Of a DNA stretch of 46,081 bases, positions 9,532 through 19,217 are shown in pieces. Where the stretch lies: positions 1-46,081 of the forward strand of contig JAADID010000175.1 in the NCBI GenBank assembly GCA_013151505.1. Direction: 5' to 3'. The position numbers and the translations under genes are program-made. Origin of the DNA: Chlorobiota bacterium. Lineage in GTDB: Bacteria; Bacteroidota; Bacteroidia; Bacteroidales; F082. Numbering within the stretch: position 1 is the first letter of the stretch; every line of letters begins with the position of its first letter. The notes below the pieces were generated by a model. It was not told the origin of the DNA, ran no database searches, and was given only the letters and a program-made list of their open reading frames with translations.

Positions 9532-9723
9532 ATGAGTAAAGGAACAGTAAAGTTCTTCAATGAATCGAAAGGTTTTGGATTCATCAAAGAAGACGACTCT
9601 TCGAACGAATACTTTGTTCATGCTTCCGGTCTGATCGACGAGATCAGGGAAGACGACACAGTAGAGTTTGATTTGAAAGAAGGGAAAAAAGGATTGAATG
9701 CAGTGAATGTAAAAGTAATTTAA
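9532..9723 (+). CDS. cspA: Cold-shock protein
   Basis: KGTVKFFNESKGFGFI (RNP1) and FVH (RNP2); TATCTTTG box at 9493-9500. Confidence 0.97.
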   Translation: MSKGTVKFFNESKGFGFIKEDDSSNEYFVHASGLIDEIREDDTVEFDLKEGKKGLNAVNVKVI

Positions 9724-9750
9724 CATTTTCTGAATAACTTTTTAGTACTG

Positions 9751-9790
9751 AAAAAGCCCGCCTCGTATGAAACGAGACGGGCTTTCTTCT
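9751..9790. terminator. Intrinsic terminator, probably bidirectional
   Basis: AAAGCCCGCCTCGT-loop-ACGAGACGGGCTTT stem with A- and T-rich flanks, between convergent genes. Confidence 0.8.
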
Positions 9791-9824
9791 TTTTGACAGG
9801 CCAGAAAATCTTTAAGCCCGATTT

Positions 9825-11081
9825 CTATTTAAACTTCTTCATATATTTTTTAAGGACATCCTTATGCACCGTAAAATCCATCATTTTCAGCTTAACGTAA
9901 TCTTCGCTGAAGAAATAATAACCAAACTCGGGGCTGTCTTCACCAACGTTCCTTGAGCCGGAACTGGAGTCTTTGATCAGATACCACATCCTGCCGTCTT
10001 TGTCTTTCAGGTATCCTACCATGTGCATGCCGTGATCGTCGGTAGTGGATTTGTTGGAAAAACGGAACTGGCGGGCATTGTCGTTGATATAATCCGAAGG
10101 AATGTCAAAATCGGGAACCAGCGCAGTGTTGGTGGTTCGCGAAAAGCCGGCTTCCGACACATCGCCGCCAATACTCATTGTATAACCTTTTTCGATGGCA
10201 TGATTCAGTATGTCCATGTACACATCCAACGGTACATTGTAATATTCTTTGCTGTGCCACCAGTTGTCAGGCACTTCATATTCCACTTTTTGCCAGAACG
10301 GCTGCTGCAGATAAGACAATACTTCCACATAATCGTCCATGTTCAGTTGAAGATAATCTTTCAAAAAAGATTTTGGCGTGTACCGTTGACCTTCGAAATC
10401 AAATTCCGCAGGCGGCTCACCCATATAGTGGTTCAGGATTGATTTGATCGTTGCCACCACCTCATCTTCGTTCCAGGCATTTGTTGCTTTAACATTCTTC
10501 AGGTAGCTTCGCATTTCTTTCATCATTTCCGAATGGTCGAAAAATTTACGGCCGCCGATCAGCCCGTCATAAACCGAACGCGGCACAGCACCGTATTTTT
10601 TATAGATCTTTGCCACGGCGTTGGATTCCGATCCCTCGTCAAACAATGACTCTCCCCGTGTTTCAACAAATCCTTTGGCTTTTTCAACATATTCCCAGTA
10701 AACGGTGAACATCTCCGATATCCTCACATCTTTGTTAAAAAGACGGTGCACTTCCGACTCATAAAACGAAGTAGTGGAAAAACACCAGCATGTTCCTGTG
10801 TTTCCCTGCGATGTTGTGGGGGTGTGCCAGTAAGTATGGTCTTTGTAATCGGCCACTTTGTTCGGCAGGTCCAGGCCCGACTGGTCCATGCGGAAATACT
10901 TCACCTTTTTTACCGGTTTTTCTTTTTGCTGAACGGCTTTCACGTCTTTCAGAATAAAATTCTGATAATAACCCGGTTCATACTTTTTGAAAAATGCTTT
11001 GTCTTTGCTCTTATCCTGGGCATTGACAACTGTGGCAGGAATGATCATGGCCACCACAAGAATTGCGATTAACTTTTTCAT
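9825..11081 (-). CDS. C1-family cysteine aminopeptidase (PepC/bleomycin hydrolase-like), exported
   Basis: SQGNTGTCW catalytic Cys; TDDHGM His; signal peptide ending NA|Q. Confidence 0.9.
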   Translation of the reverse strand: MKKLIAILVVAMIIPATVVNAQDKSKDKAFFKKYEPGYYQNFILKDVKAVQQKEKPVKKVKYFRMDQSGLDLPNKVADYKDHTYWHTPTTSQGNTGTCWCFSTTSFYESEVHRLFNKDVRISEMFTVYWEYVEKAKGFVETRGESLFDEGSESNAVAKIYKKYGAVPRSVYDGLIGGRKFFDHSEMMKEMRSYLKNVKATNAWNEDEVVATIKSILNHYMGEPPAEFDFEGQRYTPKSFLKDYLQLNMDDYVEVLSYLQQPFWQKVEYEVPDNWWHSKEYYNVPLDVYMDILNHAIEKGYTMSIGGDVSEAGFSRTTNTALVPDFDIPSDYINDNARQFRFSNKSTTDDHGMHMVGYLKDKDGRMWYLIKDSSSGSRNVGEDSPEFGYYFFSEDYVKLKMMDFTVHKDVLKKYMKKFK

Positions 11082-11271
11082 TTTTTTAATGTTACGATTT
11101 TAATTTCATATTATTTTTAAATCCGATGGGCATCGAACACTTTTTTAAAACGGACAAATGTACATCAATTATACATTTGATGTTTGTTCGCGGAATGATA
11201 TAAAAACCGTTGATAAAACTGAAACTTAAAAACAAAAGGTTGTTTACGGCTTTTAGCGATAGCTGTCCGTT

Positions 11272-11856
11272 TTATTCAATCCAGTTATTTTTAAGTGCAT
11301 AAGCGATCAGTTCGGCGCTGGAGCCCAGTTTGTATTTGTGCAGGATATTTTTCCGGTGGGTCTGAACGGTTTCAAAAGAAATACCCAGTTTTTGAGCGAT
11401 TTCATGACTTTTTAACCCGTCGGCAATACAGCGGATGATCTGTAATTCCCTTTCGGTCGGCATGATATGATTCATTTCATGGCTTCTGCTGGTTAAAAGA
11501 ATTCTTTTTACAGTTACTATCAGTTGTTCTTCGGTAAACGGTTTTGTCAGGTAAGAATCGGGAATGGTTTCAAAAGCTTTTTGAATGACATCGTCGTTGC
11601 TGTAAGCCGAAACATAAATCACTTTTGTCTTCCCTTTCAACAATTTTAAATTTTTGACGAAATCTATTCCCGAACCGCCTTTTCCCAGGTTGATATCACA
11701 CAAAATCAAGTCAATCCCATGTTCGTCATATAAATCAAACGCGCTTTCAATTGAACTTGCAATTCCGATAACTTCAAAGTTATTCTTTTCAAGTATCTGT
11801 TGAATATCCCATGCAACAATCGCATCATCTTCAATAATCAGAATTTTTTTCTTCAT
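11272..11856 (-). CDS. Response regulator (REC + LuxR HTH)
   Basis: IIEDD, CDINL, KPF; TERELQII...TVQTHRKNI HTH. Confidence 0.93.
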   Translation of the reverse strand: MKKKILIIEDDAIVAWDIQQILEKNNFEVIGIASSIESAFDLYDEHGIDLILCDINLGKGGSGIDFVKNLKLLKGKTKVIYVSAYSNDDVIQKAFETIPDSYLTKPFTEEQLIVTVKRILLTSRSHEMNHIMPTERELQIIRCIADGLKSHEIAQKLGISFETVQTHRKNILHKYKLGSSAELIAYALKNNWIE

Positions 11857-11869
11857 AATAATTTAAAAT

Positions 11870-13135
11870 TTACTGATTCGGAGGATTTGTATTGTCAAGT
11901 TCGTAATCAAGTTCTATGGTGATCATATTTTTCACTTCATCAATTATCAGATTTCCACGATAATTGGATACCAGCGTATGAATGAGTTCGTAACCAAATC
12001 CCGCATTATTTTCGTCTGCCATTCTCTGGATTCCCGTTCCGCTATCTTTGACAACAATTTGAATTTTTTCATTTCCATCTCTGCGGATATCCAGATTGAT
12101 CGTCTTATTTTTCTGATCTTTAATACCATGTTTTAACGAGTTTGTTATCGTTTCGTTGATGATCAGACCGACCGAGACAGCCTCATCAACAGGCAGGATG
12201 ATTTTTTGAACATTTACATTAATGGTAATTTCATTTTCATTAGCTGTTAAAAATTTCTTTATGAACGGGATCAATTCATTTGTATATTCAGCAATATCAA
12301 TTTTTGTTGAATGCATATTATTTTTCTGATATAACTGACGGTGGATCAAAGCGATGGAAGAAATCCGTTGTATTGAATCATGGATGGCATTTTTTGCTGC
12401 TTTATCTTCCAACTGATTGGCCTGTATATTCAGCAGGCTGGAAATAACCTGCAGGTTGTTTTTTACACGATGATTCATTTCACTGAGCAGAAGGGAGGCC
12501 AGTTCCGCATGCTCCTCCGAAATTTCAGCTGTTTTTTTTAGCAACTGGTTCTGTTTTATAATTACCTCCCGGTTTTGCGCATACTGTTCCCGGAATAAAC
12601 TGACTGAAAAAATACTGAGGCCGAATGCCACTACCCCGTCAATAATAGTGATCAATTGCTGAATGCGCGGATCAGGTTTAATCGTGAAAAAAGGAAACAA
12701 ACCCTCTTCGGATACAACAAATAAAAAAAGAATTAATGAAAAATAAGTGTATAAGTAAATTTTCCTTTCAATAACAAACGCAGCGACAATAAAAAGCGGG
12801 AAAAGATAAAAATGAGCGCCGACATCAATAATCAATTCAATGGAACCAACATGGAATGCAAGTGATAAAAAAAACAGGGCCCTTGCAAAAATATAACTGT
12901 GCCTGCTGTTTAAAAACAAAACCAGCAGCATACACACTAATGTTGTAAAGTTGATAACCGTAATAAAAACATTATTCAGGACATTTCCCCAGAGAGAATT
13001 AAAAGCAAGAAAAACGATAGCGATCATTGACAGGCCATTTAAAATCCTGACCTTTTGATACAAATCAAAATCTGATTCCTCTTCAATCCCCAGGTTCAAA
13101 GCTCTGTAAAATATGTTTCTTACCTTTGACACCAT
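11870..13135 (-). CDS. Membrane sensor histidine kinase, HisKA_2 type
   Basis: About 6 TM segments; EMNHRVKNNLQ H-box; NETITNSLKH N-box; DSGTG. Confidence 0.92.
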   Translation of the reverse strand: MVSKVRNIFYRALNLGIEEESDFDLYQKVRILNGLSMIAIVFLAFNSLWGNVLNNVFITVINFTTLVCMLLVLFLNSRHSYIFARALFFLSLAFHVGSIELIIDVGAHFYLFPLFIVAAFVIERKIYLYTYFSLILFLFVVSEEGLFPFFTIKPDPRIQQLITIIDGVVAFGLSIFSVSLFREQYAQNREVIIKQNQLLKKTAEISEEHAELASLLLSEMNHRVKNNLQVISSLLNIQANQLEDKAAKNAIHDSIQRISSIALIHRQLYQKNNMHSTKIDIAEYTNELIPFIKKFLTANENEITINVNVQKIILPVDEAVSVGLIINETITNSLKHGIKDQKNKTINLDIRRDGNEKIQIVVKDSGTGIQRMADENNAGFGYELIHTLVSNYRGNLIIDEVKNMITIELDYELDNTNPPNQ

Positions 13136-13358
13136 TTTCGTGGCTGATTAAATAAAGAAAAATTAGTGTTCTAAGAATAAGCTGAGCAGTCTCGGTCTTT
13201 GTAATACGCGATAAATATATAAATTTTATGCGACATTTCCATTATGAAATAAAAAATACTTTGTTTCAACATTTTACAACCTGATCTTTCGGGCAGTCAA
13301 AAAAAATTTTAACCGGGAAACGAACCCGTTTTTAATCTGTAAATTAATCTGATAAATT

Positions 13359-13904
13359 ATGAAGAACCCTGTTTTAGAAATCCTGTTTATATTCTTTTTA
13401 ATCCCTGTGATGACCATAGCCCAATCCTCTGATTTTTATGATTACTCGGTGACTGACATTGATGGGAACCCGTTTTCATTCGATCAGTTGAAAGGAAAAA
13501 AAGTGATGATCGTCAATGTGGCATCAAAATGCGGCAACACCCCACAGTACGAACAATTAGAAGCTGTTTATGAAAAATATAAAGACAAGGGGTTTATCAT
13601 CATCGGATTTCCTGCTAACAATTTTATGCATCAGGAACCGGGCACAAATCAGGAGATCAAGGAATTTTGCACCCTGAATTACGGGGTTACATTCCCCATG
13701 ATGGCCAAAATATCAGTTAAAGGAAAAGACATGGCGCCTGTTTACAAGTGGCTTACACAAAAAAGTCTTAACGGGAAAAAAGACTCAAAGGTAAAATGGA
13801 ATTTCCAGAAATACCTGATCAGCGCCGACGGAAAACTGGAGAAAGTGATCAGCCCGAAAGTCAAGCCCGATGACCCGGTGATCATCCAATGGATCGAGAA
13901 CTGA
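13359..13904 (+). CDS. Glutathione peroxidase family protein (Cys type) with signal peptide
   Basis: IVNVASKCG, GFPANNF..QE and KWNFQKYLI motifs. Confidence 0.95.
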   Translation: MKNPVLEILFIFFLIPVMTIAQSSDFYDYSVTDIDGNPFSFDQLKGKKVMIVNVASKCGNTPQYEQLEAVYEKYKDKGFIIIGFPANNFMHQEPGTNQEIKEFCTLNYGVTFPMMAKISVKGKDMAPVYKWLTQKSLNGKKDSKVKWNFQKYLISADGKLEKVISPKVKPDDPVIIQWIEN

Positions 13905-13907
13905 TCA

Positions 13908-13923
13908 TGGCGTAGTTTTTGCA
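13908..13923 (+). promoter_or_regulatory. Sigma-54 -24/-12 promoter (TGGCGTAGTTTTTGCA)
   Basis: Exact GG-N10-GC spacing with TGGC and TTGCA, 35 bp upstream of ATG 13958. Confidence 0.65.
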
Positions 13924-13957
13924 ATTATCTTAAACGTAAAATAATATTCAGGTCGTA

Positions 13958-14332
13958 ATGATCCGCAAATATATTTTCCCTTTTCTGGTGTCAATCGTTG
14001 TATTCTCCTTTTTGGGGTTTTACCCTACCGATTGTTCAATGGAAGGAGATGCCGGAGGCTGCCTGACCGCTAATCCGGCTCAACTTGATAATTGCACGTG
14101 GAACGACATCGAATTGAAAGGGAAAGTACAGTTTGTTGAATCTTTTCCCGATATCAAGATACAATTTGTGGATGCCTTTCCCGACCTGAAAGTTAAATTT
14201 GTGGATGCTTTCCCCGATGATTGCGGGGAATGGCAGGTTGTGGAATCTTTCCCGGATTTTAAAATCCAGATCGTAGATGCATTTCCTGACATCAAGATTC
14301 AGGTGGTGGATGCTTTCCCGGGGTTGCCTTAA
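13958..14332 (+). CDS. Small exported repeat protein, probable 7_1 (septoil) knot family
   Basis: Six V[DE][AS]FP[DG] repeats in a 3+3 arrangement around DCGEWQ; signal peptide. Confidence 0.7.
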   Translation: MIRKYIFPFLVSIVVFSFLGFYPTDCSMEGDAGGCLTANPAQLDNCTWNDIELKGKVQFVESFPDIKIQFVDAFPDLKVKFVDAFPDDCGEWQVVESFPDFKIQIVDAFPDIKIQVVDAFPGLP

Positions 14333-14459
14333 GAAATGGAATCTTTAACGAACCCCGATCCTGATTCTGGGAAACTCTGATCAGTATCTTATCACAAAGA
14401 ATTTTTTAGTGGCTATTCTTTTTTGAGAAAGGATAAATTGTATCTTTGAATACCATAAA

Positions 14460-15176
14460 ATGAATCATCTGAAAAAGAAAAAAATGAAAATTATATTTAC
14501 CATTATTGTCGCGCTGGTATTTATATCAACGGGGCTGGGCCAGGATGATGCACAGTTCAACAGAGCTCATGCAGGCATCCATAAAGTGATTGTAACGAAG
14601 GTTTTACAAACTGATTCATATACTTATTTGCTGGTAAAGGAAAATGATAAAACCCAGTGGCTGGCTATGCCTAAAATTGAGGCAAAGCCGGGTGAAGTTT
14701 ATTATTATCAGGGCGGGAACGAAATGAAGGATTTTAAAAGCTCGCAACTGAACCGGACGTTTGAGTCGGTATTGTTCCTCGGTGGTGTTGTAAAAGCCGA
14801 TGATCTGAACATGAAAAAAAAGGAACCAGGTAAGGGTAAAACCGCGTCTGATAAAAAATTAGAATTAAGCCTGGAACCTGTTACAGGTGGCCTGACGATT
14901 TCCGAACTGCTTGCCAACAAATCGAAATACGCCGGGAAAACTGTTAAAGTCAAAGGGAAAGTCACACAGTTCAGTTCAGGCATTATGAAAAGAAACTGGA
15001 TACATTTGCAGGACGGGACCGAATATGACGGAAAGTATGACCTCGTTGTTACTACACAATCGAATGCTGTTGTCGGGGATACGGTCGTTTTTGAAGGAAC
15101 AATTACCCTGGATAAAGATTTTGGCTTCGGCTATTTTTACGACTTGATCATGGAAAATGCTCAAAAGATTCAGTAA
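14460..15176 (+). CDS. Exported two-OB-fold protein with NrfJ-like N-terminal domain (start may be ATG 14484)
   Basis: SYTYL...WLA...M.DF.S..LNRTF..V.F motif; VKVKGKV...NWIHLQDG...DKDFG.GYFY second domain. Confidence 0.7.
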   Translation: MNHLKKKKMKIIFTIIVALVFISTGLGQDDAQFNRAHAGIHKVIVTKVLQTDSYTYLLVKENDKTQWLAMPKIEAKPGEVYYYQGGNEMKDFKSSQLNRTFESVLFLGGVVKADDLNMKKKEPGKGKTASDKKLELSLEPVTGGLTISELLANKSKYAGKTVKVKGKVTQFSSGIMKRNWIHLQDGTEYDGKYDLVVTTQSNAVVGDTVVFEGTITLDKDFGFGYFYDLIMENAQKIQ

Positions 15177-15189
15177 GCCATCTTCCTGC

Positions 15190-15429
15190 TTATATTTTAT
15201 GTTTCCTGTAAAGTTCGATACGGATCGGGCAATCACAAAAAGTTCTCTCATTGATTTTCGATTGAAACGGGCAGGGCGTTTTACTCTGGTTCAGGACAAA
15301 GTGTACATCGCAATCAAAACAGGAAAGCACTTTGCATAAATCTTTCCGCTCTCCAGACAGGCACGAAAAGTTTTTATCGCATTTAAATGCGGCCTGTTTA
15401 ATTTCATCTCTTATATATAGTCGTTCCAT
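15190..15429 (-). CDS. Small Cys-rich hypothetical protein
   Basis: 79 aa with 8 Cys, ending FCDCPIRIELY; A-rich initiation context; same strand as the cytochrome island. Confidence 0.65.
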   Translation of the reverse strand: MERLYIRDEIKQAAFKCDKNFSCLSGERKDLCKVLSCFDCDVHFVLNQSKTPCPFQSKINERTFCDCPIRIELYRKHKI

Positions 15430-15576
15430 AATCTTTAACCTCTTTAATTTCTACAATCGCTTATGAGAGCTGTCTGTTGTTTTTGATAGTTACCGCATTA
15501 GTTATAAAATATTGTTTTCCCCTTGCTGTCCATTAAAGTTCATCTGGCCGTCAACAATTCAAATTCGTTCGCGCTT

Positions 15577-17901
15577 TTATTTTTGATTCAAATGAAAAAT
15601 CGTAGGATTTTCCCATTGCAGAGAATCAAGAACCTTACCGGCAAACGTTGAACCGCACGGTACCGAATTGCCGCCTCCGGCCCAGTCGTTGTTTTGCCAG
15701 GCCGCACCATGGCCGTGGCAGGTTTGACAACCGTTGCAGTAGGAATGCCATGAATAGGCATCCAACCAGTCCGCATGACAGACGTTACATAATCCTTCAC
15801 TACCGCCCCAATCAACAATGGTACCCGAGATCGTTATTTTTACCGCCCTGCTGGTGCCATAGGTATCCCATGGCGGCCCGGTCCATTGAGGGCCCGGTCT
15901 TACACCGTCGTCAACATAAGCAGTGCCGTCAACGTAATCACGGATCATATATGGGTTACCGACAGTATTGCTTGTTGTATATGAACCGTGCGGGTCATGG
16001 CAGTCGTTGCACAAAACTTCGTAATCCGGTGCACCCGAATAACCCGGCCAGTCTCTTTTCGTATCCACTCCGTGTGCAGCGTTCGTCCATGTATAATCCA
16101 CATACCAGGGCGTAGAAGTGTAATTACAACTTTCAAGACCCCGGAGCGCTATTGTCGGCCCCTTTACATTTGCAGGGAAGCCCGGATTATCGGGACCGGT
16201 TCCCCCGTTATGGCATGACAGGCAAAAACCGTTGCCGGTACCTGACCAGACAGTGGTTGCATTGAAAGGATCTATCAGTGGCGTGCTTGCAGAAGACGTG
16301 TGCGAGCCGTGGCAATTCAGACACTCCAGTTTTGCACCGCTGAAGGCCTGGTCGGCATCGCTTATATCGTGATGGCTGTTCACCCCGCGCATGGTTCCTT
16401 CGTTCCCGAAACAAACATCGCCATACCATTCGTTCCATTGCAAAGTTCCCAGAAAGCGTGTGGCAACATCAGGGGGTGTATTGCCGTTGCCGAAAGGATC
16501 GAACGGGTTGGTTAAAAACTGCGCTCCGTCGGCATCATGGCAACCCATGCAGAAATTGGAGACATCAGGATCGGTGTGTAACGAATCCGGTTTCAGGAAT
16601 GTTAAAATGCTGCCGTCATCAGGATCAATCAACTTTACGTAACCGTTTTTATGTCCGGACATGGAATGACATACTACGCAGTCGCTATTGTCAAGATTGC
16701 CACCATAATGCGCGTGTGCGTTACTTGCCGGAAACTCGGCCACGATGGCCCTCCTGCCTCCCACCGGAACGCCATCCAGGTTATCCTGGTTGTAACTGTG
16801 GCAACTTATACATCCTCCCTGTGCTACAAATTCATCGGCATGAGAGTGGCACGCTACGCAGTTAATATTCAGGTTGTGGACATGGTTGCCGCTGGAATTA
16901 TTCCTGTGATACTTTGTTGTAGTGTGGCAAACTTCGCAGATGCCATCGTAAGTATTGTCGCCATCGGCAAATGAGTTGGGCCCGGTTTCGGTAATAAACA
17001 ACACAGGTTTCAGCCCGCTGTTGGTTGTTTGCACCTCATCTTTCGTCATGTATATATTCGTAAGATTCGGGTTGTGGGTTTGATGGCATTGCTTGCAGCT
17101 TGCTCCCTGGTGACCGGTATAGGTATGGCAGGTGGTGCACAAATTGTTGTCGTTGGTCGTGCGCAGCAAATAGCCGTCACCCGTACCGCCGTTTGCCCCG
17201 CCCGAGGTGGTGTAATGAATGCCGTGGCAACTGCTGCATTCCACCTGGCCGCCGATAAGGATGATGTCAGGATTCTGCGGTGCAGCGTAAAAGCGTGAAT
17301 CTGTTGTAGGGTATGTTTTGCCTACCGGATGGCTCCCTTTGTTGTTCGGGTCATCCTGATAAGTACCCACGTTGCGGACCGAATGGCAATCCTTGCACAT
17401 GGCATCCTGATTGTTCGATGTCCTTAAAAAAGGCGAATAGGTGGAAACATGGGGGTTATGACAGGTTGAGCAGACAATTTCGTCATACATGACTTTTTCA
17501 GCCATTTTCGGGTCGGAGGGAAAATTGGCGCCATAATCCGCATTTACGATGGGTTTGTTCCACGCATGGGATGTGCCGCTGACTCCCGGTTCGGCACGAT
17601 CGGCATCTGAAAACGGGGTGCTGCTTGCCATTCCCACAGGATTGTGACAACTCATGCAAAGGTTGGCATTTCCCGCAACAGCCGTCAACTGGTCACCCGG
17701 CGCATTGTTCAAAACATGGCAGGTTAAACAGGGGATTGCATCGTTATAATGGGCGAAATCACCTTCCAGAGAATTTAACCTTTCCTTTAAATTATTGCCC
17801 GAATACTGGGAGCCCGCTTTCTTTACAATCAGAAAAGCCACTGCAATAATGAGCAGTACGGCAAACGGAAATATCGGAATATGGTATTTTGTATTTTTCA
17901 T
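15577..17901 (-). CDS. Large multiheme c-type cytochrome (17 CxxCH)
   Basis: 17 CxxCH motifs counted; N-terminal hydrophobic helix; Gly/Asn/Thr-rich. Confidence 0.93.
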   Translation of the reverse strand: MKNTKYHIPIFPFAVLLIIAVAFLIVKKAGSQYSGNNLKERLNSLEGDFAHYNDAIPCLTCHVLNNAPGDQLTAVAGNANLCMSCHNPVGMASSTPFSDADRAEPGVSGTSHAWNKPIVNADYGANFPSDPKMAEKVMYDEIVCSTCHNPHVSTYSPFLRTSNNQDAMCKDCHSVRNVGTYQDDPNNKGSHPVGKTYPTTDSRFYAAPQNPDIILIGGQVECSSCHGIHYTTSGGANGGTGDGYLLRTTNDNNLCTTCHTYTGHQGASCKQCHQTHNPNLTNIYMTKDEVQTTNSGLKPVLFITETGPNSFADGDNTYDGICEVCHTTTKYHRNNSSGNHVHNLNINCVACHSHADEFVAQGGCISCHSYNQDNLDGVPVGGRRAIVAEFPASNAHAHYGGNLDNSDCVVCHSMSGHKNGYVKLIDPDDGSILTFLKPDSLHTDPDVSNFCMGCHDADGAQFLTNPFDPFGNGNTPPDVATRFLGTLQWNEWYGDVCFGNEGTMRGVNSHHDISDADQAFSGAKLECLNCHGSHTSSASTPLIDPFNATTVWSGTGNGFCLSCHNGGTGPDNPGFPANVKGPTIALRGLESCNYTSTPWYVDYTWTNAAHGVDTKRDWPGYSGAPDYEVLCNDCHDPHGSYTTSNTVGNPYMIRDYVDGTAYVDDGVRPGPQWTGPPWDTYGTSRAVKITISGTIVDWGGSEGLCNVCHADWLDAYSWHSYCNGCQTCHGHGAAWQNNDWAGGGNSVPCGSTFAGKVLDSLQWENPTIFHLNQK

Positions 17902-17926
17902 AATTATCGCTGTTGACAGGTAAAAG

Positions 17927-19189
17927 CTATTTCAGAAAAATCATACGTCGTACTTTTCGGGAATCTTTCAGTTTAAGCTCATAAAAGTATATCCCGTTTC
18001 CGACCGGCTGCCCGTCATCACTGTTTCCATCCCAAAACAGGGCGCGTCCGTTGTCAGTATAATTTCCTTTTTTCAATAAGCCCGGATTGAACGTACGGAC
18101 AATCGTTCCTTTTAAGTTGTATATTTTGATTGTTACCTCTTCATCAACTGCCAAAATAAACGGAATCCAGGTGCCTTCCCTGAAAGGGTTCGGATAATTT
18201 TGCAATAGGTCACTGCTGACCGGCAGATTTTCATTCGGGTCATCCAGTCCGCCGGCTTTGGCGCTGAAAACATCTATCGAACCGTTATTCATTGAAGTTA
18301 TCCAGATTCGGTTACGTGAATCTATGGCAATATCCATCGGGGCGCTCAACTGTCCCGGCTCTGTTCCGAATTCACCGAACTTTGTAATAAAGCTGCCGTT
18401 TTCATCAAATATATTCACCGTTCCCAGCAGGTTATCAAGCACATAAACCCTGCCCCGGTTGTCAACAGCCAGCCCCTGGATTCTTGTGAGCTGTCCGTCT
18501 TCAAAACCGAATTCTCCGAAAGTATTCAGTAAATTGCCTTTTGTATCAAAGACGAGAACCTTTGCCGTAATCCCGTTTTCAGTTGCATCAAGCCCTGAAA
18601 CCGTGCCGCCGTGCTCGGCAACAAGTATCCTGGCGTTTTTTCTGTCGTAAGCTATGCCGGTTGGATAAGCCATAACATCGCTGCCAAATGTTCTGATAAC
18701 ATTTCCCGACAAATCCATGACGATAACCTGCTTTTGTTTGCTATCTACAACATAGAGTTTATTGTCGCCGTCAAACACGGCATCGGACGGATAAGTACAG
18801 TTTGTGTAAATTTCACTATCGCCTCCGTTGAAGTCAAACTTTTTGATGGCCCCAACCTTATTATCACTTACCACAAGCTGTTTATCATCATTTACGGCGA
18901 GGGCAAGCGGAAAGCCGCCGGAGTTCACTGTGCCGAGAAACTGTCCGGAAGTATCAAATTTAACAATCTCTTTCCTGAAAGCATCGGTTACATAAACAAC
19001 ACCGTCATCATCCAGTGCTATGCGTACCGGCGATTTCAGGCCTTCTGATATTCTGAACAAGAATCCGTTATTTCCGGCTGTTTGCTGGGCAAACAAATCG
19101 GGAGTGGATACCCATATTATCAGGAGCCAGCAAACAGCGGGAAAGAAATAACTGATGGAAAACGTAAATATCTTTTTCATAGGCCTCAA
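17927..19189 (-). CDS. NHL beta-propeller protein with C-terminal FlgD-Ig / T9SS type A sorting domain
   Basis: NHL repeats (P.GIA.D, FG..G...GQL..P); LLQNYPNPF...IKIYN..G...WDG....G..V.NGIYFY...RRMIFLK tail. Confidence 0.9.
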   Translation of the reverse strand: MRPMKKIFTFSISYFFPAVCWLLIIWVSTPDLFAQQTAGNNGFLFRISEGLKSPVRIALDDDGVVYVTDAFRKEIVKFDTSGQFLGTVNSGGFPLALAVNDDKQLVVSDNKVGAIKKFDFNGGDSEIYTNCTYPSDAVFDGDNKLYVVDSKQKQVIVMDLSGNVIRTFGSDVMAYPTGIAYDRKNARILVAEHGGTVSGLDATENGITAKVLVFDTKGNLLNTFGEFGFEDGQLTRIQGLAVDNRGRVYVLDNLLGTVNIFDENGSFITKFGEFGTEPGQLSAPMDIAIDSRNRIWITSMNNGSIDVFSAKAGGLDDPNENLPVSSDLLQNYPNPFREGTWIPFILAVDEEVTIKIYNLKGTIVRTFNPGLLKKGNYTDNGRALFWDGNSDDGQPVGNGIYFYELKLKDSRKVRRMIFLK

Positions 19190-19217
19190 TTTTTGTGATC
19201 GAAATATGACCAGACGA

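Noticed and set aside
11272..13135. HisKA_2/LuxR pair as regulator of the cytochrome island
   Set aside because: No sequence link; the island has its own sigma-54 system
13359..13904. Selenocysteine glutathione peroxidase
   Set aside because: The active-site codon is TGC (Cys); no in-frame TGA
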